The notes: generated by a model from the letters alone, not told the origin. DNA of 64,000 nt from a bacterium (GCA_963669175.1 OY769902.1:3584001-3648000), one strand, 5' to 3'; numbered from the stretch's first letter, positions 47,701 to 58,694 are shown. Numbers and translations: made by a program.

Positions 47701-49010
47701 CGCAGCACCCTCCCGGCTTTGAACATATCCACAGCCATACGCCAATAACCGATTTCTTCTTTAACGCGCTTCAGGATTGCATCTTCCACATCCTGTTTGG
47801 GCGTCTCGTCTATGGTGAAGTAGTCCTGGATAACTTCTGAGACAAATGTTGGATACTGTTTCAGGTAATGTGGGAATTTGTTGAAGAAATCGGGCATCTT
47901 TCTGAATTTGAACATATCCTTGAGGATAAAGGAATTCTCCATCTTGTCCCGATAATGCGCTACCGCTTCCATCGTATTCAGTTCATGCCCATGTTCTTTT
48001 GCTTCGATCAGCGTTTCCGCCGCCAGAATACCACTTCCCATGGCAAGGTTGGTGCCTTCATGGTACAGGCTGGCATTGATCAGACCGGCAGTATCGCCAA
48101 CCAGCATCAGGCCGGGCATGGCAAAATGCGGCAGGTGATTGTACCCGTAGTCAGGAATCATGTGCGCCAGGTACTCAACCGATTCAGCGCCTTCCAGCAT
48201 CTTGCGGATGGTTGGATGCTTCTTGAATCCTTCAAGGAAATCATTCAGGGTTTGCTTTGAAGCAATCAGTTCCTTGATGGTAAGGCCCAACCCGATCGAG
48301 ACGGTATCTTCATTAGTATAGACGAATCCCATGCCGAAGCGACCTTTCACGACATCGCCGAAATACTCCATGGCGACGCCTTCCTTGCCCTCAAGCATGA
48401 ACCTGTCTTCGATTTTTTCTTTGGGGAGACTAAAAACTTCCTTCACATTGGCGATCATGTGCGTTTGCGGCAATACCGGCGCCATTAATCCGGCCTGACG
48501 CGCCAGGAATGCGTGTACACCTTCAGCAGAGATGACAATTTTAGCCCTGATCTCGTCACCGCCCGGTTCCGTCTTGACGCCAACAACCCTGTCATCCTCA
48601 ATCAACAGTTCGCTGACCATCATCTCCGGGATAACATTCACGCCAAGCGCTTCCGCCTGGCCCGCGAACCACTGATCAAACCTGCCACGAAGCGCTGTCA
48701 CTGTATGGTTATATGGTTTATCACGCCAGGGCGCGACCTTTACATCCAGCGCAATTTCAGAGTCTTCGGACAACATGCCGAAACGGCGACGGGTTACAGA
48801 CCGTTCCAGGGGAGCTTCTTCCCAGGTATCGGGAAGCAGTTTCAAGAGTTGGTGAGTAAAGAGAATTCCGCCGTACACATTTTTGGAACCAGGGTATTCC
48901 CCACGTTCCAAAACCATAATTTCTTCAAAGCCAGCTTGTGCCAGACGGATAGCGGCTGCAATACCTGCAGGCCCCGCACCAATAATGACAACCTCAAATT
49001 CTTCATCCAT
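47697..49010 (-). CDS. fixC: FixC-like FAD-dependent ETF-quinone oxidoreductase
   Basis: GAGPAG, ERGEYPGSKNVYGG, APLER, FDQW, AHMIP, VGDTAG. Confidence 0.9.
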   Translation of the reverse strand: MDEEFEVVIIGAGPAGIAAAIRLAQAGFEEIMVLERGEYPGSKNVYGGILFTHQLLKLLPDTWEEAPLERSVTRRRFGMLSEDSEIALDVKVAPWRDKPYNHTVTALRGRFDQWFAGQAEALGVNVIPEMMVSELLIEDDRVVGVKTEPGGDEIRAKIVISAEGVHAFLARQAGLMAPVLPQTHMIANVKEVFSLPKEKIEDRFMLEGKEGVAMEYFGDVVKGRFGMGFVYTNEDTVSIGLGLTIKELIASKQTLNDFLEGFKKHPTIRKMLEGAESVEYLAHMIPDYGYNHLPHFAMPGLMLVGDTAGLINASLYHEGTNLAMGSGILAAETLIEAKEHGHELNTMEAVAHYRDKMENSFILKDMFKFRKMPDFFNKFPHYLKQYPTFVSEVIQDYFTIDETPKQDVEDAILKRVKEEIGYWRMAVDMFKAGRVLR

Positions 49011-49240
49011 AAAATCGCCCTCACCGCTGTTTCTATCCGTAAGATCGTTTTTGCGAAACGTACTTCGGGACAGTCCTTTAATTATATACTTTGATCGGGG
49101 ACAGCGTTATATTCTCAGAGTGAACCGTATCGGCAAGCGTGGGAAAACACTAATGTAAGCCACGAGTAATAATCTTTCAAGGAAACTGGAGTCCTGGAAA
49201 TGCTTACGATTCGTGAACATCAACACAGGAAAACTGAAGC

Positions 49241-50458
49241 ATGACTCGAAATACGGGATTGATATATCCACGATTCAAAATAGTTTTCATTCTGTTACTT
49301 GTTCTGATACAACAGGTAAGCGCTGAGGAAAATGTAATTCTCATCATTATTGATGGCGCCAGGTATAGTGAGACTTTTGGAGACGACTCTCGTTCGCTGA
49401 TTCCTCGCATGAATGAGATCGCCACAACAGGAGCCATTGTTGATTCCTTCTACAACGACGGCTTCACCTACACATCCAGGGCAATCCCGGCAATCTGGTG
49501 CGGTGCATGGACTGAAGTCCGTGATACAGTATACAATGGACAATCAACACAGTACACTACCCTCCCCACCGTTTTCGAATACTTCCAGAAACAGGCGAAT
49601 CCAAACCAGGGGCAGAACTATTATGTTCTGAAAGAACTCACGTCGTTATGGTTACCCAGTTTTCATCCTGATTATGGCCCTGCATACTGGCCGGACTTTC
49701 ACAGTGTCGGCGCCACAGATGAAGATGTGTGTACTGAAGCCCTGGAAGTTTTGCAGTACTACAGACCACGCTTTTCCCTGATCTATTTTGCGGATGTCGA
49801 CCACGGTGGTCATTCCGGCAACTGGGAAGAATACACAACACAGATCAGGGAAGCTGATTCACTGGTAGGCGTTATCTGGGATATGGTACAAAACGATCCC
49901 CACTATGCCGGAAATTCAACTCTTTTGGTTACAAACGATCACGGTCGTCATGATGATGAACATGGCGGATTTACCGGTCATGGCTGCGGTTGCGAAGGTT
50001 GCCGGAGAATCATGCTGCTGACAGCGGGCGCATCGGTGAGATCTGGATATGTGTCTCCTGAAAACCGTACACTAAGGGATGTAGCGGTGACAGCCTGCGC
50101 ACGTCTTGGAGTTGATGCTGAGCTTGCAACCGGAACATACATGGACGACTTGTTCTATAGTAGTGATTCTCCTGAATCTTTCCCCATACAACCGGTCACA
50201 CTGGCACTGGATCACCCTTTCCCCAATCCGTTTAATCCTTCCACTACGCTTCGCTTCAGCATTCTGGAGGATGGCTATACCAGTCTTTCAATTTACAATA
50301 TGCAGGGCCAACTTGTTGATAAAGTAACCGCTGGATGGTTTCAGGCAGGGAGCTATGTATTCACCTGGCAGCCTGCTGAACTGGCTACCGGCCAGTACTT
50401 GATCCGCTTGTTGCAGAACGAGCAGACAGTAAACCGAAAAGTCATCCTGCTCAGATAA
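49241..50458 (+). CDS. Alkaline phosphatase/sulfatase-superfamily protein with T9SS-like C-terminal domain
   Basis: IIIDGAR, DHGGH, TNDHG metal ligands; FPNPFNPSTT...KVILLR. Confidence 0.8.
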   Translation: MTRNTGLIYPRFKIVFILLLVLIQQVSAEENVILIIIDGARYSETFGDDSRSLIPRMNEIATTGAIVDSFYNDGFTYTSRAIPAIWCGAWTEVRDTVYNGQSTQYTTLPTVFEYFQKQANPNQGQNYYVLKELTSLWLPSFHPDYGPAYWPDFHSVGATDEDVCTEALEVLQYYRPRFSLIYFADVDHGGHSGNWEEYTTQIREADSLVGVIWDMVQNDPHYAGNSTLLVTNDHGRHDDEHGGFTGHGCGCEGCRRIMLLTAGASVRSGYVSPENRTLRDVAVTACARLGVDAELATGTYMDDLFYSSDSPESFPIQPVTLALDHPFPNPFNPSTTLRFSILEDGYTSLSIYNMQGQLVDKVTAGWFQAGSYVFTWQPAELATGQYLIRLLQNEQTVNRKVILLR

Positions 50459-50641
50459 ATTGATAAAGTTCAAAATGATTGGTATTACTGTTTACTTCGT
50501 CATATAGCTGGAGTATCTTTTTTCATCACTGGTTTCAGATGTATTCAGAGAAAGTGTAAAAGTTACCTGTACGATTTCACGCATCCCGCATCCCGGAATG
50601 CATTAGTGCTTCGATTTGATTGCGATTAGTGGGGCCGGCAC

Positions 50642-53600
50642 ATGCATATTCAGCGCACGTGGTATAGCTGTATCCGTCCGTTTCTCCTGTTGGTATTTCT
50701 ATCTCTTTTTCTGCCAGTCGCGGGTTTGTATTCACAATCCGCTGTAATAAACCCTCCCACAAGTATTTCTCGTGAAAAAGCTGAGTTGTTCTGTGAGTTC
50801 CTCTCCCCTGTTCCGGACGCTGAATATGTTCATCGAGAAAGCAGTATCATCATTCGCCAGGGCGAAAAAATAAACACCGCTTCTATCGACAAATTCCTGA
50901 TTGAGCTTTCAGGCAGCAAGAGCGGCCAGCATGCCGGAGACCTGATCCTGGCAAAGGATCAGAAGACGCTAATCTTCACCCCCTTTTCGCCATTTCAGCC
51001 ATCAGAAACTGTAACCGTCACCATTCTCAACGGGTCAGCAACTTCCTCCGGCGTTTTCGTTCCGGCAATTTCCTACACATTCCGTGTATCTGACAATCAG
51101 GTTGATCATGTATTCAACTCCAGTGAATACGAAGAATCGGAACCTGAGAATTCAGGAAATGGCAGCGCTGGCGAGCTTGATGAGTACACTCTGCCGTTTG
51201 ATGTTCCTGAATTCGGTGTAACTGAAACAAATCATCCCGCGGAAGGATTGATGCTGATTCTCCGCAAAAGCACTACATTCAATTCACATGACTACATGGT
51301 GGGTGTGAACAATCATGGTGAGGCTGAGTTTTATTATAAGGTTGTAAAAGGCGCTGCAAACCTGGATTATCAACCAAGCGGTTTACTGAGCTGGTATGAT
51401 CCATTGCATTTGCGTTACATGCTCATGGATACAACTTTTACACTTGTAGACTCATTCGCTTGTGTGGATGGGTATGATGCTGACATGCATGACTTTCAGC
51501 ATCTTCCCAATGGTCACGCATTCCTGATTGCATATGACCCACAAGAAGTCGATATGAGCCAGGTTGTTCCAGGAGGGCGCGAAGAAGCGCTTGTCATTGG
51601 ATTGATCATTCAGGAACTTGATGAAGATCATAACCTCGTATTTCAATGGCGAAGCTGGGATTTTTTCGAGATTACGGATGCTTCGGACTGGATAAATCTG
51701 CGTGCAGCAACAGTTGATTACGTTCACGGCAATGCGATTTCGATAGATGAAGATGGCGCTATTCTCCTTTCCTCACGGCATATGGACGAGATCACAAAAA
51801 TCGACGGTAGCACAGGTGATCTTTTGTGGCGAATGGGGGGCAACAACAATGACTTTACCTTCCATAATGATATGTATGCGTTTTCCTGCCAACATGATAT
51901 TCGGCGGCTTCCCAACGGGAATCTCACCCTTTTCGACAATGGAAACTATCATGATCCGCCTTTTACCCGTGTAATTGAGTACCAGGTTGATGAGATTTCA
52001 CATGAAGCTTCGATTGTCTGGGAATACGTAAATCCATTGGGCTACACTTCACCTTCCATGGGCTCGATACAACGGTTGGAAAACGGAAACACACTGATTG
52101 GCTGGGGATCGAGAAATGACATGGAATCTATTCCCGAGTGGGTTGAAATAACTCCCAATGGCGCAACTGCTTTCGAAATGTGGTTCGAAGACGATAATAC
52201 TCCATATAGAATCAGGCGACACACCTGGAATGGTGTAGCAGCACGTCCCAGTATTGTAGCGCTTCCTGACGAGAATGGCGATATCGCCCTGTCATTCGGT
52301 TTCTTCGGGCACGAAGATGTCGCCATGTACTATATCTACGAAGGTAACTCGCCACATCCAGACATAATACTTGATTCCACAACATTAACCTCAATGACTA
52401 CACGCGGCGTTGATTTACTTCCCGGCGCGCATAAGTATTATACAGTATCTGCACGTTTGACAAATGGCCTGTATTCTGAAATGTCTTACGTTGAAGAATA
52501 TACTCATCCTTCGTTATTCACCTTGAATCATCCGCGAGATAACGAAACTATCGTGGACGATGTAGTTACACTTCGCTGGTATCGTAACCCGGCATATCCA
52601 GCTCATATTGCTATAAACTACCATCTTGAATACAGTACCGATCCTGACTTTTCAGAATTCTCATATATCATCACTCAGGACACCTCATTTGTGCTTGAAG
52701 AATTGGATGAGTTGCCTGATGACATTACTATTTACTGGCGAGTCTATTTCATTGACATTTTCAATAACGAGATTTGGACAATTCCAGGCAGGAACGGCTG
52801 GTCATTCTCCATTGCAATTCCTGAATCACCCGCTGAATTTCATTTACGCACACCTGAAGATGGCAGTTCACTTGGGACGCTTGAAGCAACCTTCACATGG
52901 ACTCGTTCATCCGATCCTGACCCCGACAGCGACTTGCAGTACCAGCTTGAGCTAGCCCGTGACAGTTCATTCTCGGATACCAACCTGATAGACCTGTATA
53001 CCACGCAAAGCAATTCACATGTTGTTTCCAATTTATCCTGCAATACGGAATACTGGTGGCGTGTTCTGGCAACCGATAACAATACAGACGGCACCTATTC
53101 TTCAGAGACATTCAGGTTCGGAACGGATGTGTCAGAACCGCCTTCAGCATTCATTCTGTCAACACCTCAGGATCACGACACTTTGACACTGAACAGCTCT
53201 GCTGAGATCGAATTCGTATGGTTTCAGTCAATTGATCCCAACCTGGGACAAATACCCACTTATCAATTATTTGTCCTGGCAACCATGGAGGCGCAAGATT
53301 CGTTGCTGACCATTTCAGACATTCCAGATACGATGATAGCAATTCCACTCCTGGATTCCCTGGGCCTGGAAGATCTGAAAACACCAAGGGTAATAACCTG
53401 GTGGGTTCAGGCGATTTCCTGCGGCGACACTGTACGATGCGAATCAGAATTCACTTTCCTTTTGGTCCAGAATACCGATGTCAGCTTTAATGACGATCCG
53501 AGCGTGCCCTCCGAATTTGCACTGAGCCCATTCTATCCCAATCCCTTCAATGCCGCATGTCATGCGCAAATAGCGCTTCCTGTTTCCGAGATGTTGCAGG

Positions 53601-53776
53601 TAAACGTCTATGATATACTCGGCAGGCAAGTGGCGATACTTGCATCAGGACAATACCCTGCTGGTTATCACAAACTTGAATTTCATAACAACCAGCTATC
53701 CAGCGGAATTTACTTCGTGCAAATTCAAGCCGGGACTGCGATCAACGTGGTACGCAAGGTGGTTTTACTGCGATAG
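50642..53776 (+). CDS. Arylsulfate sulfotransferase (ASST)-like protein with Ig/FN3-like domains and T9SS-like C-terminal domain
   Basis: DMHDF, DYVHGNAI, SSRH, QHDIR, FDNG, GNTLIGWG; YPNPFN...SSGIYF...KVVLLR. Confidence 0.85.
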   Translation: MHIQRTWYSCIRPFLLLVFLSLFLPVAGLYSQSAVINPPTSISREKAELFCEFLSPVPDAEYVHRESSIIIRQGEKINTASIDKFLIELSGSKSGQHAGDLILAKDQKTLIFTPFSPFQPSETVTVTILNGSATSSGVFVPAISYTFRVSDNQVDHVFNSSEYEESEPENSGNGSAGELDEYTLPFDVPEFGVTETNHPAEGLMLILRKSTTFNSHDYMVGVNNHGEAEFYYKVVKGAANLDYQPSGLLSWYDPLHLRYMLMDTTFTLVDSFACVDGYDADMHDFQHLPNGHAFLIAYDPQEVDMSQVVPGGREEALVIGLIIQELDEDHNLVFQWRSWDFFEITDASDWINLRAATVDYVHGNAISIDEDGAILLSSRHMDEITKIDGSTGDLLWRMGGNNNDFTFHNDMYAFSCQHDIRRLPNGNLTLFDNGNYHDPPFTRVIEYQVDEISHEASIVWEYVNPLGYTSPSMGSIQRLENGNTLIGWGSRNDMESIPEWVEITPNGATAFEMWFEDDNTPYRIRRHTWNGVAARPSIVALPDENGDIALSFGFFGHEDVAMYYIYEGNSPHPDIILDSTTLTSMTTRGVDLLPGAHKYYTVSARLTNGLYSEMSYVEEYTHPSLFTLNHPRDNETIVDDVVTLRWYRNPAYPAHIAINYHLEYSTDPDFSEFSYIITQDTSFVLEELDELPDDITIYWRVYFIDIFNNEIWTIPGRNGWSFSIAIPESPAEFHLRTPEDGSSLGTLEATFTWTRSSDPDPDSDLQYQLELARDSSFSDTNLIDLYTTQSNSHVVSNLSCNTEYWWRVLATDNNTDGTYSSETFRFGTDVSEPPSAFILSTPQDHDTLTLNSSAEIEFVWFQSIDPNLGQIPTYQLFVLATMEAQDSLLTISDIPDTMIAIPLLDSLGLEDLKTPRVITWWVQAISCGDTVRCESEFTFLLVQNTDVSFNDDPSVPSEFALSPFYPNPFNAACHAQIALPVSEMLQVNVYDILGRQVAILASGQYPAGYHKLEFHNNQLSSGIYFVQIQAGTAINVVRKVVLLR

Positions 53777-53796
53777 GAAGAAAAAGGTGTAAACGC

Positions 53797-53828
53797 AACA
53801 AACCCTCACCGAATGGTGAGGGTTTGTT
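53797..53828. terminator. Terminator between the ASST gene and tRNA-Glu
   Basis: AACAAACCCTCACC-GAAT-GGTGAGGGTTTGTT. Confidence 0.7.
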
Positions 53829-53832
53829 TGTG

Positions 53833-53904
53833 TGACCCCTAGGGGAATCGAACCCCTGTTGCCGGGATGAAAACCCGAGGTCCTAACCACTAGACGAAGG
53901 GGTC
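53833..53904 (-). tRNA. tRNA-Glu (TTC)
   Basis: Cloverleaf GACCCCT...GGTTCGATTCC...AGGGGTC; anticodon loop TT-TTC-AT. Confidence 0.93.
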
Positions 53905-53968
53905 GTCAACAGCGCGTAAGTATAAGGTATCGGGAAGCGGAATTCAACCCATCCTACTCCTGCCTCCA

Positions 53969-54046
53969 TGGGGTCCGAGACGGGACTTGAACCCGTGACC
54001 TCCTGATCCACAGTCAGGCGCTCTAACCAACTGAGCTACACGGACC
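53969..54046 (-). tRNA. tRNA-His (GTG)
   Basis: G-1:C73, anticodon CT-GTG-GA, GGTTCAAGTCC T-arm, encoded CCA. Confidence 0.93.
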
Positions 54047-54280
54047 ATTTTCGCAACGTCCAAGAACGTAACATCGGATATCCGTATACGCAATGCCCGG
54101 ATTACCCTCCGTTTCTAAAACGAAGTCCAATAGTACAATTTTCATTCGTCTGACACAAGACATTTTACCCGGAGCGTCTCTTCGGGATAATACGCTGTCG
54201 TCTGTTATTCCCTTGACCATAGCCGCAAACTTTGGTTAATTCCTTTATCGCTTCTATCAACTTTGCATGGTGACCAGGTT

Positions 54281-56176
54281 ATGCTGCAACAGGCAACCGA
54301 AAAAGAGCAGGTAAATCTGTACCTTCAGTTCCTCGAGAGTTTTCCGGTGGCTGCCATGCTCTGGTCCATGCAGGATAACGTAGAAATCCGATTGATCGGA
54401 GTCAATGAAGCTTTCAACATCTGTTATTCACGATATAATTCTGGAATTGATTTATCCATCTCCGGGATTGAATCAAACTTCCTTCAGAACAACTCCATGC
54501 ATACCCATCTTGAAGCAGCTCTTCTGGCCGATTCAAACAGTGCTGAGAATCATGCTGTCAAGCATGCGCCATTGGTATTGCCTCATTCATTGCAAATCGA
54601 TTTTGTACTGAATCCTTTTCCTCTGGCAATGGGATCGACCAATAAATACCTCCTGGTGACAATGTTGAACCTGGAAACCGAAACAGAATTGCATCCTGGC
54701 AATAATACAGATTCCAGTAGCGCGTCCTCCCCTGCCATCTGCACAGAGACAAACAGCGATTCAACAGGCCATAAAGAAATCATCTCAGATTTATACCAGG
54801 ATTACAGAAACGTAGTCGAGAGTAGCGATGATCCGATACTACTCGTGGACGAAAAAGATTGCGTGCGAATATCCAATGTAGCGTTCAACGGCATGTTCCA
54901 ATTATCATCAACGGATACAAACGGCTTTCGCCTGGACCAGGTCTTCAAAGATGCGGACATGCTGGAACGCTTCAGGAACAGGATAAAAATTTGCCGCCAG
55001 GGCCTGCAACCTCCGGTTCAGTTTGAAAATATTATACGCTATCGTGACAGCGACAGCAGGCATATGCAAATATCCTATTACCCGGTAAAAGATGAAGCTT
55101 CATCTATTCACGGTGTCGTAGTAATTTTCAAGGATACGACCGAGCTGGTACGTGCAGAAATGGCATTTAAAACTTTTAAGGAAGTAATCGATAAAGCAGG
55201 TTATGGCGCACTGATAACAGACTTGCAGGGGAATATCATCTATGTCAATAAATCTTATGCCCAGATGCACGATTACAAATTGAAAGAACTGATCAGCAAG
55301 AATGCCTCCGTGTTTCATACGGATCAGCAATGGGATTATCTCGAACAACTGTTCAAGCTGATGATTGAGACAAGACACACCTTCACTGATGAAATCTGGC
55401 ACAAGCGAAAGAACGGGACAGCTTTTCCTGCGATGATGACCGGTACGATTATTGAAAATGATCGTGGAACACCGCAGTATATCTCTGTCACAGCGATTGA
55501 TATCACCGCAAAACAGGAAGCTGAAGAGCAAATCCGGCACAGCCTGAAAGAGAAAGAGATTCTCCTGAAGGAAATTCACCACCGAGTGAAGAATAATCTG
55601 CAGATCATCTCGAGCCTTCTGAATCTCCAATCTGCTTCCCTGGATGATCCGCAATTGCAGACTCTGCTCTATGACAGCCAGAACCGTGTAAAGTCCATGG
55701 CATTAATCCATGACAGGCTTTACCGGGAAAAGGATTTTTCACGTATTGACTTTACGGAATATGTCCGTGATATCGTGGAGAATCTGTTTCAATCGTATAT
55801 CAGTTCTGATCGTGTCACCCACAGCATCGACTTCCAGAAAACGTGGTTTGACTTCGACATTGCAATTCCTTTGGGCTTGATTATAAATGAGATCGTCTCA
55901 AACAGTCTGAAGCATGCCTTCCCGGATAATCGTGAAGGGCATATAAACCTGGTATTCACAAAAGAGTCTGAGAATATTTACACATTGATCGTAGCGGATA
56001 ACGGCATTGGATTGCCGGAAAAACTGGAAGTTGCCACACTGGAATCACTGGGCATGAAACTCATCCATACACTGGTAGATCAGCTTGAGGGAGAATTGTC
56101 CATGGAAAGCGGAAATGGCAGCAAGTTTACCATTACATTTGAATATGATGAATCACTTTGGCCTGGAGGTGACTGA
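54281..56176 (+). CDS. PAS-domain sensor histidine kinase (HisKA_2 type)
   Basis: Two PAS domains; KEIHHRVKNNLQ H-box; NEIVSNSLKHAF, DNGIG, SLGM. Confidence 0.92.
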   Translation: MLQQATEKEQVNLYLQFLESFPVAAMLWSMQDNVEIRLIGVNEAFNICYSRYNSGIDLSISGIESNFLQNNSMHTHLEAALLADSNSAENHAVKHAPLVLPHSLQIDFVLNPFPLAMGSTNKYLLVTMLNLETETELHPGNNTDSSSASSPAICTETNSDSTGHKEIISDLYQDYRNVVESSDDPILLVDEKDCVRISNVAFNGMFQLSSTDTNGFRLDQVFKDADMLERFRNRIKICRQGLQPPVQFENIIRYRDSDSRHMQISYYPVKDEASSIHGVVVIFKDTTELVRAEMAFKTFKEVIDKAGYGALITDLQGNIIYVNKSYAQMHDYKLKELISKNASVFHTDQQWDYLEQLFKLMIETRHTFTDEIWHKRKNGTAFPAMMTGTIIENDRGTPQYISVTAIDITAKQEAEEQIRHSLKEKEILLKEIHHRVKNNLQIISSLLNLQSASLDDPQLQTLLYDSQNRVKSMALIHDRLYREKDFSRIDFTEYVRDIVENLFQSYISSDRVTHSIDFQKTWFDFDIAIPLGLIINEIVSNSLKHAFPDNREGHINLVFTKESENIYTLIVADNGIGLPEKLEVATLESLGMKLIHTLVDQLEGELSMESGNGSKFTITFEYDESLWPGGD

Positions 56177-57579
56177 TGTCGGTACGCATCATGATATTCG
56201 AAGATGAAGGCATAATTGCGCAGGACTTAAAACTCCGCCTTGAGAAACTGGGCTATGTTGTTCCTGCGATGGCCGTTTCCGGGAAAAATGTTTTAGCGAA
56301 GGTTGGAGCTGCCGATCCGGACCTGATTTTCATGGATATCATGCTGAAAGGACGAACGGATGGCATTGATCTGGCCGGTAAAATAAAAGAGCATTTCGAT
56401 GTCCCCATCGTCTTCCTGACCGCGCTGTCGGATGATCGAACCCTGGAACGAGCCAAAGAAACTGAACCCTACAACTATCTGCTCAAACCCTTTCACGACA
56501 ACGAACTCAGAATCACAATCGAAATGGCGCTGGACAAGCATTCACGTGATACCAGAAAACAGGAACAGCAGAAATGGTATCAGGCGGTGTTGGCCAGCAT
56601 GGGTGAAGCAGTGCTGGTAATCGATAAAAAAGGAATTGTTACTTATTGCAATGAGATAGCGGCGAAATTCTTCAAACAGGAAATCAATGAGCTACAACAT
56701 TCCAATGTCCGTCACCTCATCACTGTTCATAAGGAAAAATCTGACCGGATAATAGATAATCTCGCTTCCATCTTTAATGGCGATGCTTTATCCGTCTCCC
56801 TGCAAGTCGAGTTCACCGGTCCCAGTCCTGACACTCCAGGCATGATTATCGCATCACCTGTACGTATTGATCCTTCGATCATTTCCGGGGCCACTCTGAT
56901 CATTCACAGTGAAGCAAGCAGTGGAAAGACACAGGACACAACTGATGCATCCGCTGGTATCAAGCTGGATGTTCCGCTTGCTATTCATGATCCATTCATC
57001 CTGCAATGCCTGACAAATGCGCCAACGATTCGCCAGCAGGGGACAAACATCGTCAGGACATTTGGCGACTTCAAGATGCGAATTGAGGAGCAGGATATAA
57101 AGCTGACCGAATGGCGTTCAAAAAAAGCGCTCGATGTGCTGGCCTTCCTGATTTTACATTATCCTTCACCGGTTCATAAAGAAATGCTGATAAATTTTCT
57201 TTGGCCGGATATTGATGTAAACACGGGAATCAGCAGGCTGCATCATGTGGTCAGCGAACTTCGAAAGTATCTTTCCCCTGAATCTCAGCGATACAAACGT
57301 CACAGCTATGTCCAATACAGCCACAATGAATACCGTTTCGACCCGCAGGATCAGGTTGTGCTGGACCTTGTAATGTTCGAAGAGCTGGTCAAGGTGGGCA
57401 ACCGGATGTGGAACAGTGACAACCGAAAACGTGCAAAAGAGTTTTACGAAGAAGCGCTACTCTGGAAAACAGGCGACCTGTTCCCCAAATACAGGTATGA
57501 TGAAGAATTCGAAGATAAAAGAGACGCAATGAACCTGCTTGAAGAAACAGCACAGGAGCGGTTGGAAAAAATGAGTTGA
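56176..57579 (+). CDS. Response regulator with REC, PAS-like and SARP-type wHTH/BTAD-like output
   Basis: FEDE, MDIML, FLTA, YLLKPF; RTFGDF...WRSKKA..VLAFL, LWPD, GDLF. Confidence 0.85.
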   Translation: MSVRIMIFEDEGIIAQDLKLRLEKLGYVVPAMAVSGKNVLAKVGAADPDLIFMDIMLKGRTDGIDLAGKIKEHFDVPIVFLTALSDDRTLERAKETEPYNYLLKPFHDNELRITIEMALDKHSRDTRKQEQQKWYQAVLASMGEAVLVIDKKGIVTYCNEIAAKFFKQEINELQHSNVRHLITVHKEKSDRIIDNLASIFNGDALSVSLQVEFTGPSPDTPGMIIASPVRIDPSIISGATLIIHSEASSGKTQDTTDASAGIKLDVPLAIHDPFILQCLTNAPTIRQQGTNIVRTFGDFKMRIEEQDIKLTEWRSKKALDVLAFLILHYPSPVHKEMLINFLWPDIDVNTGISRLHHVVSELRKYLSPESQRYKRHSYVQYSHNEYRFDPQDQVVLDLVMFEELVKVGNRMWNSDNRKRAKEFYEEALLWKTGDLFPKYRYDEEFEDKRDAMNLLEETAQERLEKMS

Positions 57580-57787
57580 GTAATGCTTCTTGACAACCAT
57601 AGGCTGGGTGGCCCGATTTTACCCTGTGATGATGCTGATGTTTTGTTGCACTTTTAATTTTGGATAAATGTATTCTCGCATATCAAAATCGGAGGGGCAA
57701 AGTCGGGATTATGAGAATATCTCCCCACTCAAACATTTGTCCGAAGAACGAGCGCCTCGACAATCCCGACTTGCCTCCAGGGGCGCT

Positions 57788-58624
57788 TTACAAATACAGG
57801 TTCAGATCGATCTCATCAACATGTGCGGAATCCCAGATCGTATCAAGCTCATCTTCTTGAAGACCAAGCTTTTCGAGCGCATACACATGTGTCTTCTCGA
57901 CGACATTTGTACCGCTCTCGCCAACATTGTACATGTGACACATACCGTTTGCGATATGGGTAACGGATGGCATCATACTCTCTACCGGGCCATTCTCGGG
58001 ATCATGATGGTGATGAATCGCTTCTATCAGGGTCTGCGGCAGTTCCCAGTGCTCTGCGATCTTCGTTCCGATTTCACAATGGTCTATTCCCAGCAACTTC
58101 AGTTCTGCATCACGCATGCTGACATCATGTTCTTTGGCATATGTCAGCGCTCTCTCCAGCTCCAAAGGGAAAAACTGATCCAGCACGACCTTCCCGATAT
58201 CATGCAGCAATCCGGCTACAAAAGCATCCTCAGCGCTGATCGATCGTGCCTTTTTGCTTAATGCGCGCGCGACATATGCCGTGGCGACTGAATGCATCCA
58301 GAATTGATCCCTGGACAACATCGGGGTTCTTCCGCCGGGATACTGACGGGTAAGAATCAGCGCCATTGCAATATTGACAACTTCATTAAAGCCGAGTATC
58401 ACAGTTGCATGTTCAATGTTGCCAATGCTTCGGCTGAAACCGAAGTAGGCGCTGTTGACAATACGCAGGATACGAGCGGTAAGGGAAAGGTCTTCCTTGA
58501 TACAGCGAGAAAGGTCTTTTGCTGAAGACTCGGGATCACCGTTTATCTGTAGAATACGCTGAACAATGCTGGGGAAAGGTGCGAGGTTTTCTATTTGCCC
58601 CAGTTCTGCACGGATATCAATCAT
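57788..58624 (-). CDS. HDOD domain protein
   Basis: DLSLTARILRIVNSAYFG, FWMHS, AGLLHDIGK, HWELP, HHHDP. Confidence 0.92.
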   Translation of the reverse strand: MIDIRAELGQIENLAPFPSIVQRILQINGDPESSAKDLSRCIKEDLSLTARILRIVNSAYFGFSRSIGNIEHATVILGFNEVVNIAMALILTRQYPGGRTPMLSRDQFWMHSVATAYVARALSKKARSISAEDAFVAGLLHDIGKVVLDQFFPLELERALTYAKEHDVSMRDAELKLLGIDHCEIGTKIAEHWELPQTLIEAIHHHHDPENGPVESMMPSVTHIANGMCHMYNVGESGTNVVEKTHVYALEKLGLQEDELDTIWDSAHVDEIDLNLYL

Positions 58625-58694
58625 GCCGGCGCTCCCGGTTCAAAATGCAATAGAAAGAATAGTTCGCCTGTTATTGGATTGTATCCTGTAATAA

